Assembly (NCBI GenBank): GCA_045611635.1
Contig: JAZKXL010000075.1
Location: 1-51,883, forward strand
Direction of reading: 5' to 3'
Length of the DNA stretch: 51,883 nt
DNA from: Candidatus Fimenecus sp.
GTDB lineage: Bacteria; Bacillota; Clostridia; Oscillospirales; Acutalibacteraceae
The notes under the pieces are model-generated. The model searched no databases. It was given only the letters and a program-made list of their open reading frames with translations, and was not told where the DNA came from. The position numbers were made by a program, and so were the translations under genes. This document shows positions 34,901 to 43,931 of the stretch, piece by piece. The stretch's first letter is position 1. Each line of letters opens with the position of its first letter.

Positions 34901-35375
34901 ATGCAGTTTCCTTTGCTTTAATGTATTCACCATTTAAGATAAGCTTTGGAATCTCACCTGCAAGACACGCCGAAAGGCAAACAAGTCCTTCATGATGTTT
35001 TTCTAATAACTCACGGTCAACACGTGGTTTTGTGTAAAATCCATCAACCCAAGCAGAAGAAACTAATTTTGTAAGATTTTTATATCCTGTTTCATTTTTA
35101 CAAAGCAATACAAGGTGATGGCGATTTGAGTCAACACCATGAACTTTGTCAAACCTTGAACGAGTTGCGACATAAACTTCGCACCCAATAATTGGTTTAA
35201 CACCTGCTTTTTTTGCTTCTTTATAAAAATCAACTGCACCAAATAAATTACCATGGTCAGTAATTGCTATTGCATTTTGTCCTCGTTCTTTGGCAACGGA
35301 ACAAAGCCTATTGAGACGGGAAACTCCATCTAATAAGCTGTATTCAGTATGCACATGTAAGTGAACGAAGGACAT
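31941..35375 (-). CDS. dnaE: DNA polymerase III alpha subunit (DnaE type)
   Basis: 1144 aa. PHP N-terminus FVHLHVHTEYSLLDG, polymerase core motif VSMPDIDVDF, and an OB-fold region near the C-terminus. Confidence 0.95.
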   Translation of the reverse strand: MSFVHLHVHTEYSLLDGVSRLNRLCSVAKERGQNAIAITDHGNLFGAVDFYKEAKKAGVKPIIGCEVYVATRSRFDKVHGVDSNRHHLVLLCKNETGYKNLTKLVSSAWVDGFYTKPRVDRELLEKHHEGLVCLSACLAGEIPKLILNGEYIKAKETALWYSKLFGKDNYYLEMQDHSLSEQLKVNEALVRLSQETGIPLVATNDVHYIDREDSKVQKVLICIATNHTVDEEAALEFETDEFYLKTENEMRKKFGYVEDAIQNTQKIADMCNFDFEFGNTKLPNFQVPAGITHYDYLREKSYKGLKEKYGENPDKLYIDRLEYELSVIESMGYVDYFLIVSDFIQYAKDNGIPVGPGRGSGAGSICAYCTGITNVDPIKYNLIFERFLNPERVSMPDIDVDFCYERRQEVIDYVVKKYGADHVAQIVTFGTMAARAAIRDVGRALGMSYASVDAVAKKIPRALGITIEKALDESEDLKILYDSDDKVKELIDMSMSVEGMPRHASTHAAGIVITDRPVSDYVPLATNDESIVTQFTMTTIEELGLLKMDFLGLRTLTVINDCVKMVQKNNPDFDIEKIDFSDLNVYSLFTSGKTDGVFQCESSGMRSVFMRLKPTNIEDIIAVISLYRPGPMDSIDSYIQNRHNPDNIRYKAPMLRDILDVTYGCMVYQEQVMQIFRSLAGYSLGRADIVRRAMSKKKHKVLEDERAFFCDGCSKNNISKEIANEIFDDMSSFASYAFNKSHAAAYAVVAYRTAYLKYYYPCEFMAALLTSVLDNSDKVAGYIDDCKRNDIKILAPNVNFSYKTFTVGKNKKKSIMFGLLAIKNLGHDFIDTIINEREKNGDFTSFYSFCKRVHGKGFNRRSVENLIKSGALDGLGSNRNEMLTNLPFIIDELDNERRRNIQGQIGFFDMINEGVSSEYVMKPTAEFRTQDLLQMEKETTGLYISSHPMEQYSDLAVELKCDKITDIINGENDYNSPYVDTASVKIMGIISGVTRKQTKKGESMAFLNIEDVGGTIEVIVFPKLLAKYMNKINNGVAMLVGGRLSIREEENPKIILDYLETAENAKENRTKKQGLFIRVESNQSVEYTKCLEIISKNASAGETPLYFYFASTKQYFPCKKIAVNDTLIGELKKNIGEQNIILQK

Positions 35376-35388
35376 AGTATTACCTCAA

Positions 35389-36660
35389 TTATTTAGTAAC
35401 TTTTTTATAAAAATCAAAGCAATCGAATGTTGCGAAATAATCTGCTGGAGTTTCAGCACGACGGATTAAGTCAAAACTTCCATCTTCTTTAAGAAGGATT
35501 TCAGCTGATTTAAGTTTACCATTATAGTTATAACCCATAGCAAAACCGTGAGCACCTGTATCATGAATAAAGAGCAAGTCGCCCATATCAATTTTTGGTA
35601 ACATTCTATCAATAGCAAACTTATCATTATTTTCGCAAAGAGAACCTGTAACATCATATTTATAATCACATGGCTCATTTTCTTTGCCCATAACTGTTAT
35701 GTGGTGATATGCACCGTAAATTGCAGGACGCATAAGGTTTACTGCACAAGCATCAACACCGATATATTCTTTATGAGTATGTTTTTCATTGATTGCACGA
35801 GTTACAAGTGCACCATAAGGAGCTAACATAAAACGACCGAGCTCAGTATAGATTGCAACATCATCCATTCCTGCAGGAACAAGAACTTCGTTATACACCT
35901 TTTCAACACCTGCACCGATTGCAAAAATGTCATTACACTCTTGGTCAGGACGATAAGGAATACCAATACCACCTGAAAGGTTGATAAATTTAATATGAGC
36001 ACCAGTTTCTTCCTTAAGTTTAACCGCAACCTCAAAAAGAGTTTTTGCAAGTGTTGGATAATACTCATTTGTAACTGTATTACTTGCAAGGAATGCGTGG
36101 ATACCAAACTCTTCAACGCCTTTTGATTTCATAATCTTGAATGCTTCGAAAAGTTGTTCAGTTGTCATACCATACTTTGCATCACCGGGGTTGTCCATAA
36201 TGTTATTAGCAATAGAGAAATATCCACCTGGATTATAGCGACATGAAAGTTTCTTTGGAAGATAACCTAAAGTTTTTTCAAGAATATCAATATGTGTAAT
36301 GTCGTCAAGATTAATGATAGCACCTAAATCATCAGCATATTTAAATTCAGCTGGTGGGGTATCATTTGATGAGAACATAATATCATCGCCTACTGCACCA
36401 ATTGCCTTTGAAAGCATAAGTTCAGTAACTGATGAACAGTCACATCCACAACCGTATTCTCTTAAAATGTTAATAAGAAATGGGTTTGGAGTTGCTTTAA
36501 CCGCAAAATATTCCTTAAAGCCCTTATTCCATGCAAATGCCTTTTTAAGATTTTCAGCATTTTTACGAATTCCTGCTTCATCATAAAGATGAAAAGGTGT
36601 AGGATATATTTTTGCTATTTCTTCTAATTTTTCTTTTGTTGTAAATGGTAATTTGCTCAT
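35389..36660 (-). CDS. lysA: Diaminopimelate decarboxylase (fold-type III PLP decarboxylase)
   Basis: 423 aa. PTPFHLYDE N-terminus, PLP-lysine context YFAVKATPNP, SGGIGIPY glycine loop. Assignment within the decarboxylase family is by overall similarity only. Confidence 0.75.
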   Translation of the reverse strand: MSKLPFTTKEKLEEIAKIYPTPFHLYDEAGIRKNAENLKKAFAWNKGFKEYFAVKATPNPFLINILREYGCGCDCSSVTELMLSKAIGAVGDDIMFSSNDTPPAEFKYADDLGAIINLDDITHIDILEKTLGYLPKKLSCRYNPGGYFSIANNIMDNPGDAKYGMTTEQLFEAFKIMKSKGVEEFGIHAFLASNTVTNEYYPTLAKTLFEVAVKLKEETGAHIKFINLSGGIGIPYRPDQECNDIFAIGAGVEKVYNEVLVPAGMDDVAIYTELGRFMLAPYGALVTRAINEKHTHKEYIGVDACAVNLMRPAIYGAYHHITVMGKENEPCDYKYDVTGSLCENNDKFAIDRMLPKIDMGDLLFIHDTGAHGFAMGYNYNGKLKSAEILLKEDGSFDLIRRAETPADYFATFDCFDFYKKVTK

Positions 36661-36662
36661 TT

Positions 36663-37250
36663 TTATTCTCCTAAATATTCTTCAATGTATTTTTTTACTA
36701 TATCAAGCCCTTGTCCATTTTCAGATGAGAAAGGAATAATTCTATCTTCAGGAACAAAGTTCATTTCTTGCTTTGATTTTTCAAGGCGTTCATTATAATC
36801 TTTTTTCTTTTTAAGCTTGTCCGCCTTTGTCATTACAACAATAAAATCATACCCTGTTGACTGTAGAAACTCCATCATCATAATGTCATCCTTAGTTGGT
36901 GGATGACGCATATCAACGAGTTGCACAACAAGTTTAATATTACGGTAAGAGTTAAAATACCCTTCCATCATTTCAGCCCAACGGTCCTTTTCGGTTTTTG
37001 CCACTTTTGCATAACCATATCCAGGCAAATCAACAAAATTATATTCATCAACTTGATAAAAGTTAATTGTTATTGTTTTACCCGGTACCGAACTTACCCT
37101 TGCAAGATTTTTTCTTTGAAAAAGTCTATTAAGCAATGAACTCTTACCAACATTTGAACGCCCTGCAAAAGCAATTTCAGGCAAATCGGATTCAGGTAGT
37201 TGGCCAAATGTACCATATGCTGCTTTAAATTCCGCTTTATCGTATCTCAT
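36663..37250 (-). CDS. engB: Ribosome-biogenesis GTPase EngB/YsxC/YihA
   Basis: G1 GRSNVGKSSLLN, G3 DLPGYGY, G4 TKADK. ATG 37250 has an AGAGGT ribosome-binding site 5 nt upstream. The alternative start at 37265 overlaps the lon stop (ATGA). Confidence 0.9.
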   Translation of the reverse strand: MRYDKAEFKAAYGTFGQLPESDLPEIAFAGRSNVGKSSLLNRLFQRKNLARVSSVPGKTITINFYQVDEYNFVDLPGYGYAKVAKTEKDRWAEMMEGYFNSYRNIKLVVQLVDMRHPPTKDDIMMMEFLQSTGYDFIVVMTKADKLKKKKDYNERLEKSKQEMNFVPEDRIIPFSSENGQGLDIVKKYIEEYLGE

Positions 37251-37261
37251 AATTACCTCTT

Positions 37262-39628
37262 TCATACAAGTGCAACTTTAAGCACATCATCACCTGTTGA
37301 CGCGAATACAAAATTGATTTTTTCTTTAACCTTTTCGTCAACTTTATCCAAATCACTACGATTTGCTTCAGGTACAACAACAGTTTTGATTCCCTCAACA
37401 TATGCAGCCATTGTTTTTTCACGAAGACCACCAATTGGCAACACACGACCTGTGATGGTAATTTCACCAGTCATAGCAACATCGGCTTTCACTTTACACT
37501 CTGATAATGCTGATACAAGTGCTGTAAATATCGTAATACCTGCTGATGGACCATCCTTTGGCACTGCACCTTCAGGGAAATGAATATGAATATCTTTATT
37601 TTGATAAAAATCTTTATCAATTCTATATTTTTCAGCATTTGCTCTAATATAACTAATTGCTGCTTTTGCTGATTCTTTGATTACATCACCCAAAGAACCG
37701 GTTAACTCAAGTTTACCTGTACCATCCATAACTGCAACTTCAACAGTAAGCATTGTACCGCCGACTGAAGTGTATGCAAGTCCATTTACTACACCAACTT
37801 GATTAATATTCGACTTTTCATCAGGTTTAAATTTAATAGCACCAATATATTGCTCTAAATCAGTATCTTTAACTGTGATTTTCTCGTTAAATCCTTTTGC
37901 GTATTTAACAGCAACTTTTCGTAAAACCTTTGCTATTGTCTTTTCAAGTGTACGCACGCCCGCTTCTTTAGTGTAGCCACTAATTATTGCTTTGAGTGCC
38001 TTATCAGTAAATTTTACATATGATTTTTTAAGTCCATTTGCAGTAATTTGTTTTGGTACAAGGTGTTTTTTAGCAATTTGGAACTTCTCTTCATATGTAT
38101 ATCCAGGAATATCAATAATTTCCATTCTATCAAGAAGTGGTGCTGGAATTTTACTCTTATCATTTGCAGTTGTTATAAACATAACCTCGCTTAAATCATA
38201 AGGAATTTCAAGGTAATGGTCAGTAAAAGTGCTATTTTGCTCAGCATCAAGTACTTCTAAAAGTGCTGAGGATGGGTCACCACGATGGTCGGAACCAAGT
38301 TTATCAACCTCATCAAGCAAAATTAAAGGATTAGAACTTTTTGCACTTTCTATTGCTTCAATAATTCTACCTGGCATTGAACCAATATATGTCTTTCTAT
38401 GACCACGAATATCCGCTTCATCACGAACACCACCAAGAGAAATTCGTGCATAAGTTCTACCCATAGCAGTTGCAAGTGAACGAGCAATTGATGTTTTGCC
38501 AACACCTGGAGGTCCTGCAAGACAAATAATTTGTCCTTTAACATTTGGATTAATTTTACGCACAGCTAAAAATTCAATAATTCTTTCTTTTACGTCTTTA
38601 AGTCCGTAATGGTCTTCATCAAGAACTTTTTCAGCATGTTCAATATCAAGATTCTCTTCAGTACAAAAGCTCCAAGGCAAAGAAATAATCTTGTCAAGAT
38701 AATTTCGCACAACTGCAGATTCAGGACTTGAAGACTGCATTTTCATAAGTCGATCACATTCTTTTAAAAGTTTGCGCTCAATATCTTCAGTAAAACCGAT
38801 AGCACGAATTTTTTCTTTGAATTCTTCCGATTCAGAAATTGCACCATCACCTTCATTTAATTCTTCGGAAATCGCCTTGATTTGCTCGCGCAAATAATAC
38901 TCGCGCTGATTTTCTTCCATTTGGTCTTGAACTTTTTGATTAATTTCTTCTTCAATTGATAAAAGCTCAATTTCTCTTGTAAGAATCAAGCAAAGACTTT
39001 CCGCTCTTTTTAACGGATTAAGTTCTTCAAGCAATGATTGTTTAACTGCATATTCAAGAGGAATGTTTGAAAGTATATAATCGGAGATTTCCGCCGCTTC
39101 TTTACGCACTGAAACACCCACAACAATATCAGGTGGAAGTTTTGGCACAAAGTATGCATAATCTTCAAAAATACTTACAAGTCGACGTACAAGTGCTTCT
39201 TCATATTTTTTATCGTCTATAGAAACATCTTCAGTTTCAATTCTACGAACAATTGCTGAAAGATGTGGATTCATAGAATTGATTTGCAAAAGTTCAGCAC
39301 GATATAGCCCATATACTACAACACGAAGAGTGTCAGTACCAGGCAATTTCATAACTTGCTTAATTTCACAAACAACACCTGATTTATATATATCATCATA
39401 ACGAGGGTCATCACATTCCATATCCATTTGTGTTGCAAGAAAAATGTTAGTCTTTTTTTCCATAGCAGACTTAATAGCACGAATTGATTTAGACCTTCCA
39501 ACATCAAAGTGCAAAGTCATTTCAGGAAATATTACAAGTCCACGTAATGCAACCATAGGCATTGAAAAGGATTTTTCATTAAACTCATTTAATATTGTCT
39601 TTGTGTTTTCCATTTTTGAATACATCAC
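37262..39628 (-). CDS. lon: ATP-dependent Lon protease (LonA type)
   Basis: 788 aa. LON N-domain, Walker A GPPGVGKTS, Walker B ILLDEVDK, catalytic serine context PKDGPSAGIT. Start is uncertain (GTG 39628, ATG 39625 or ATG 39613) because AGGAG spacing fits none well. Confidence 0.93.
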   Translation of the reverse strand: MMYSKMENTKTILNEFNEKSFSMPMVALRGLVIFPEMTLHFDVGRSKSIRAIKSAMEKKTNIFLATQMDMECDDPRYDDIYKSGVVCEIKQVMKLPGTDTLRVVVYGLYRAELLQINSMNPHLSAIVRRIETEDVSIDDKKYEEALVRRLVSIFEDYAYFVPKLPPDIVVGVSVRKEAAEISDYILSNIPLEYAVKQSLLEELNPLKRAESLCLILTREIELLSIEEEINQKVQDQMEENQREYYLREQIKAISEELNEGDGAISESEEFKEKIRAIGFTEDIERKLLKECDRLMKMQSSSPESAVVRNYLDKIISLPWSFCTEENLDIEHAEKVLDEDHYGLKDVKERIIEFLAVRKINPNVKGQIICLAGPPGVGKTSIARSLATAMGRTYARISLGGVRDEADIRGHRKTYIGSMPGRIIEAIESAKSSNPLILLDEVDKLGSDHRGDPSSALLEVLDAEQNSTFTDHYLEIPYDLSEVMFITTANDKSKIPAPLLDRMEIIDIPGYTYEEKFQIAKKHLVPKQITANGLKKSYVKFTDKALKAIISGYTKEAGVRTLEKTIAKVLRKVAVKYAKGFNEKITVKDTDLEQYIGAIKFKPDEKSNINQVGVVNGLAYTSVGGTMLTVEVAVMDGTGKLELTGSLGDVIKESAKAAISYIRANAEKYRIDKDFYQNKDIHIHFPEGAVPKDGPSAGITIFTALVSALSECKVKADVAMTGEITITGRVLPIGGLREKTMAAYVEGIKTVVVPEANRSDLDKVDEKVKEKINFVFASTGDDVLKVALV

Positions 39629-39794
39629 TCCTATTATGAAATTATATTATATAATAAAATATTAATTACTGCAAGAATTACAGTATATTTTTTTGATTTT
39701 TAGCATATTTTTGCGACTTTGTTAAAAATATTAACAACTTTTGTCGAAATTTATACTATTTCGCAAAATACTTTGTTAACTTTTTAACTATCTA

Positions 39795-39824
39795 TTGACT
39801 TTTAACAGCATTTTTTGGTATAAT
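39795..39824 (+). promoter_or_regulatory. Candidate sigma-A promoter for serC-serA
   Basis: TTGACT (39795-39800), 18 nt, TATAAT (39819-39824), with a TGG extended -10. Confidence 0.55.
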
Positions 39825-39887
39825 TCCGACAATGTTTATTTTTTTAACATAATATTATAATGTAATTTAATTTTGGAGGTCATATAA

Positions 39888-40970
39888 ATGGCAAGAGTTT
39901 ATAATTTTTCAGCAGGTCCTTCAATGCTTCCTGAAGAAGTTTTGAAAAAAGCGGCAGCAGAAATGCTTGATTACGAAGGTAGCGGTCAATCCGTAATGGA
40001 GATGAGTCACCGTTCAAAAGTTTATGATTCAATTATAAAAGGTGCTGAACAACTTCTTCGTGAACTATATAATATTCCTGAAAACTATAAAGTTCTTTTC
40101 TTACAAGGTGGTGCATCAACACAGTTTGCTGCTATTCCCCTCAACTTTATGAACAAAAATGGTAAAGCTGATTTTGTAATTACAGGTCAATGGGCAAAAA
40201 AGGCATATCAAGAAGCACAAAAATATGGTGAATGTAAAGCTGTTGCATCTTCAGCTGATAAAACATTCTCTTATATTCCAAAACTTGATAAAAATGAATT
40301 TACAAAAGATGCTGACTATTTCTATATTTGTATGAACAATACAATTTATGGTACAGTTTATCACGAATTACCTGACACTGGTGATGTTCCTCTTATTGCT
40401 GATGTTTCATCATGTTTCCTTTCAGAACCACTTGATATTTCAAAATTTGCTATGGTTTATGGTGGGGCGCAAAAGAACGTTGCACCTGCAGGTCTTACAA
40501 TTTGTATTATCCGTGAAGATATGCTTGGAAATGCAAGAGATATTACTCCAACAATGCTCAACTATCAAATTATGGCTGATAATGATTCACTTTACAACAC
40601 ACCACCTTGCTATACAATTTATATTTGTAAACTTGTTCTTGAGTGGCTTAAGGAAATGGGTGGCTTAGAAGCAATTAAAGAAAGAAACGAAAAGAAAGCA
40701 AGAATTCTTTATGATTTTCTTGATAATAGCAAAATGTTCAAGGGAACTGTAACCCCTGAAGACCGTTCACTTATGAATGTACCATTCGTTACTGACAGTG
40801 AAGAACTCAATGCAAAATTCATTAAAGAAGCAACTGAAGCAGGTTTTGTAAACCTTAAAGGTCACCGTTCAGTTGGTGGTATGAGAGCATCTATCTACAA
40901 TGCTATGCCTGTTGAAGGTGTTGAAAAGCTTGTTGAATTTATGGCTGAATTTGAAAAAGCAAACTCATAA
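39888..40970 (+). CDS. serC: Phosphoserine aminotransferase
   Basis: 360 aa. N-terminus YNFSAGPSMLPEEVL and the later GAQKNVAPAGLT PLP-lysine region. Confidence 0.93.
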   Translation: MARVYNFSAGPSMLPEEVLKKAAAEMLDYEGSGQSVMEMSHRSKVYDSIIKGAEQLLRELYNIPENYKVLFLQGGASTQFAAIPLNFMNKNGKADFVITGQWAKKAYQEAQKYGECKAVASSADKTFSYIPKLDKNEFTKDADYFYICMNNTIYGTVYHELPDTGDVPLIADVSSCFLSEPLDISKFAMVYGGAQKNVAPAGLTICIIREDMLGNARDITPTMLNYQIMADNDSLYNTPPCYTIYICKLVLEWLKEMGGLEAIKERNEKKARILYDFLDNSKMFKGTVTPEDRSLMNVPFVTDSEELNAKFIKEATEAGFVNLKGHRSVGGMRASIYNAMPVEGVEKLVEFMAEFEKANS

Positions 40971-40982
40971 GGAGCAACCATT

Positions 40983-42146
40983 ATGTATAATATATTAACA
41001 TTAAATAAAATTTCAGAAACTGGTCTTTGCCGTTTCAGTGGTGAATATAATTGTGGAACTGATGTTGCAAACCCTGATGCAATTCTTGTTCGTTCAGCAT
41101 CAATGCACGATATGGAACTTGAAACAAATACTCTTGCGATTGCTCGCGCAGGTGCAGGTGTTAATAATATTCCAATTGACAAATGCAGCGAATCTGGTAT
41201 TGTAGTTTTCAATACTCCGGGCGCTAATGCAGACGCTGTTAAAGAGCTTGTTCTTACAGGTCTTTTCCTTTCTTCAAGAAAGGTTATCCCTGCTATTGAA
41301 TGGGCAAAAACATTAAAAGGTAATGGTAATACAGTACCTAAAGATGTTGAAAAAGGAAAAAGTGCCTTTGCAGGTCCTGAAATTAAAGGTAAAACACTTG
41401 GTGTTATTGGTCTTGGTGCTATCGGCATTCTTGTCGCTAATGCTGCCGCAGCACTTGGCATGAAAGTAATCGGCTATGACCCATATCTTTCTGTTACACA
41501 AAGTATCACACTTAATCATCACGTAAAACTTACTGACGACCTCAATGTAATCTATGCTGAAAGTGATTACATTACTCTTCACTTGCCTCTTAATGATGCT
41601 ACAAGGGGTCTTATCAACACAAACACAATCGCAACAATGAAAGATGAAGTTAGAATTCTTAACTTTGCTCGTGGCGAACTTGTTGATACTGATAGTATTC
41701 TTTCCGCACTTGAAAATGGAAAGGTAGCTTGTTATGTGACTGATTTCCCTAATGATGCAGTAATTGGGGCAACAGGTGTTATCGCAATACCTCACCTTGG
41801 CGCATCAACTCCTGAATCCGAAGATAACTGTGCAGTAATGGCAGTTGAACAAGTTGCTGATTTCCTCGAAAATGGTAGTATTGTGAATTCAGTTAACTAT
41901 CCTGCAGTATCTCTCGGTACTTGTAACAAACACCGAATTACAATTATGCACAAGAATGTTTCAGGTATTGTTAGTAAAATTACATCTGGACTTGCAAACG
42001 AAGATGTTAATATTGACAATATGGTTAATAAATCAAAGGGTGAATACGCTTATACGGTTATTGACTCAGATACAGAAGCATCTATTGAAGCAATTAACGC
42101 ACTTAAAAAGATTAATGGAATCATAAGAATTCGCGTTATTAAATAA
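40983..42146 (+). CDS. serA: D-3-phosphoglycerate dehydrogenase with a C-terminal ACT domain
   Basis: 387 aa. NAD motif GVIGLGAIG, 2-hydroxyacid dehydrogenase catalytic region, C-terminal ACT-like RITIMHKNVSGIVSKIT. Confidence 0.9.
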   Translation: MYNILTLNKISETGLCRFSGEYNCGTDVANPDAILVRSASMHDMELETNTLAIARAGAGVNNIPIDKCSESGIVVFNTPGANADAVKELVLTGLFLSSRKVIPAIEWAKTLKGNGNTVPKDVEKGKSAFAGPEIKGKTLGVIGLGAIGILVANAAAALGMKVIGYDPYLSVTQSITLNHHVKLTDDLNVIYAESDYITLHLPLNDATRGLINTNTIATMKDEVRILNFARGELVDTDSILSALENGKVACYVTDFPNDAVIGATGVIAIPHLGASTPESEDNCAVMAVEQVADFLENGSIVNSVNYPAVSLGTCNKHRITIMHKNVSGIVSKITSGLANEDVNIDNMVNKSKGEYAYTVIDSDTEASIEAINALKKINGIIRIRVIK

Positions 42147-42161
42147 TAGTAAATAAAGATT

Positions 42162-42192
42162 AAGACCTACTCTTTTGAGTAGGTCTTTTTTA
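42162..42192 (+). terminator. Terminator between convergent serA and the exonuclease gene
   Basis: AAGACCTACT (42162-42171) pairs with AGTAGGTCTT (42178-42187), followed by TTTTT. Confidence 0.8.
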
Positions 42193-43065
42193 TGTATTTA
42201 TATGTTTTTCTTCAGTTTTTTCATTAGTATGAATCATCTCAGTATAATTGCGTTTAATATCAATGTAATCATATAATTTCTTAATTCTTAAGTTAACTCT
42301 AAATTCACGGTTACAGTTTTCACAAAAGAAAATTCCCCTAAAAGATTGGTTGGTAAATTTCCATTTTTTAATTGTTTTAACTTTACCACCGCATATATCA
42401 CAATAACAATTAAAAATATTTTTATCAATTAATGGGTCATCTTTTCTTTTTATTACGTATGGGTGAAACGCAAGACGCGCATAAAAATCTTCGTTGCAAT
42501 CTTTTATGAATTCACTAAGTTTTTCCGCATTAAATGTTTTTTTAAAGCATTCCGCACTTAAACGGCTATCATCTAGTGCTCTATGGTGTGGATACTTTTC
42601 AGGGTCAATTTCAAGACAGGTTGCAGCATATGAAAGTCCTGCTTGCTGGATGTTCTCCATATTTATAAAGCATTGGCAATATCTTTGTAAATCAGCATAT
42701 TTCTTAATGAAATTAATATAATCTCTTTGCAAAAAAACTTTAAGATTTGTTAAAAGAGTTCTAATATCAGTATCTCCCCAAGTGAGGAACACAGCATCGT
42801 CCCCTGCCCAAATTTCAAACTCTTTAATAACTTTTGCAAAATGCTTTCCCATTTTTATATCATCATTAGTTATATGTGTTAAGTTTTTAATTTTTGAACG
42901 AAGTTTTCTTGAAACGATGGGCTTGATAAGTTCTGAAAAGGTATCAATTTCATTCATGTTTTCATCAAGCTTTACTGCACCAATTTCAATTATTTCATTT
43001 ATAAATTTTTGAGTAGATTTCATATATGAGTTATTCCACTCAAGGTCCATAATTATATAAGTCAT
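42190..43065 (-). CDS. DEDDh 3'-5' exonuclease (KapD/ERI-1-like) fused to a C-terminal CxxC...CxxC zinc ribbon
   Basis: 291 aa. Exo motifs IIMDLEWN, IIEIGAV and HRALDDS. C-terminal CYCDICGG...FFCENCN. Confidence 0.75.
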   Translation of the reverse strand: MTYIIMDLEWNNSYMKSTQKFINEIIEIGAVKLDENMNEIDTFSELIKPIVSRKLRSKIKNLTHITNDDIKMGKHFAKVIKEFEIWAGDDAVFLTWGDTDIRTLLTNLKVFLQRDYINFIKKYADLQRYCQCFINMENIQQAGLSYAATCLEIDPEKYPHHRALDDSRLSAECFKKTFNAEKLSEFIKDCNEDFYARLAFHPYVIKRKDDPLIDKNIFNCYCDICGGKVKTIKKWKFTNQSFRGIFFCENCNREFRVNLRIKKLYDYIDIKRNYTEMIHTNEKTEEKHINT

Positions 43066-43082
43066 AAGTCACCAATAGTTTC

Positions 43083-43571
43083 TTAAATATTAAAATATTT
43101 ATTATCGCAAAAAAATTCAACACCATCATTTGTGAGTAAACTATTCAAATAATCGGTTGAATAAATATCACATTTAAACTCCAAATCCAACAATGGCTTA
43201 AGAACAAAATTTCTATTTAACATTCTTGGATGCGGCAATACAAGTGTTTCGGTATCATATTTTTCGTTACCATACAAAAGTAAATCAACATCAATAATTC
43301 GTGGTCCGTTTTTAATAACACGTACCCTGCCCATTCCAGCTTCTATGCCAAGAGCCGCACCAAGAAGATTGTGCGCATTAAGGTTAGTATCAATAGAAAT
43401 TACAATGTTCAAAAAATCATTTTGATTATCAAAACCAACTGGCTCAGTTTCATAGACATTTGAAACTTCAATAACCTTTGTCATTGGTAAAAGATTAATC
43501 GCTTCGACCGCATCAATTAAGTTTTGCAAACGGTCACCAATGTTTGTACCTATTCCTAAATACGCTATCAT
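43083..43571 (-). CDS. folK: 2-amino-4-hydroxy-6-hydroxymethyldihydropterin pyrophosphokinase
   Basis: 162 aa with motifs LGIGTNIGDR, IIDVDLLLY and LPHPRMLNRNFVLKPL. Confidence 0.9.
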   Translation of the reverse strand: MIAYLGIGTNIGDRLQNLIDAVEAINLLPMTKVIEVSNVYETEPVGFDNQNDFLNIVISIDTNLNAHNLLGAALGIEAGMGRVRVIKNGPRIIDVDLLLYGNEKYDTETLVLPHPRMLNRNFVLKPLLDLEFKCDIYSTDYLNSLLTNDGVEFFCDNKYFNI

Positions 43572-43930
43572 TGTCTTTCCCTTTCAATTTCCACAGCAAC
43601 ATAGTTAAAATCCGCTTTAATTGGTGCTTGGGGCTTTTTTAATGTAATTTTAAGGGTTTTAATTTTTTCAAACTCATTGAACAATTCATTAACTACCCTT
43701 TGTGCAACACGTTCAATCAAATCATTTTTCTCACTTTGTGCAACCTTACGTACGATTTTTATGATTTTAGCATAACTGACTGTGTCATCAACATTGTCAG
43801 TATAACAAGGCAATGACAAATCTACCCCTGCTTCAATATCAAAAACAAAAATTTGACCATCTTCTTTTTCTTCGGGATTTACACCGTGATAACAAAAAAG
43901 TTCTAAATCTTTTACAATAATCTTGTCCAT
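43568..43930 (-). CDS. folB: Dihydroneopterin aldolase
   Basis: 120 aa. DKIIVKDLELFCYHGVNPEEKEDGQ pattern, DDTVSYAKI, and a 4-nt overlap with folK. Confidence 0.88.
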   Translation of the reverse strand: MDKIIVKDLELFCYHGVNPEEKEDGQIFVFDIEAGVDLSLPCYTDNVDDTVSYAKIIKIVRKVAQSEKNDLIERVAQRVVNELFNEFEKIKTLKITLKKPQAPIKADFNYVAVEIERERQ

Positions 43931-43931
43931 A

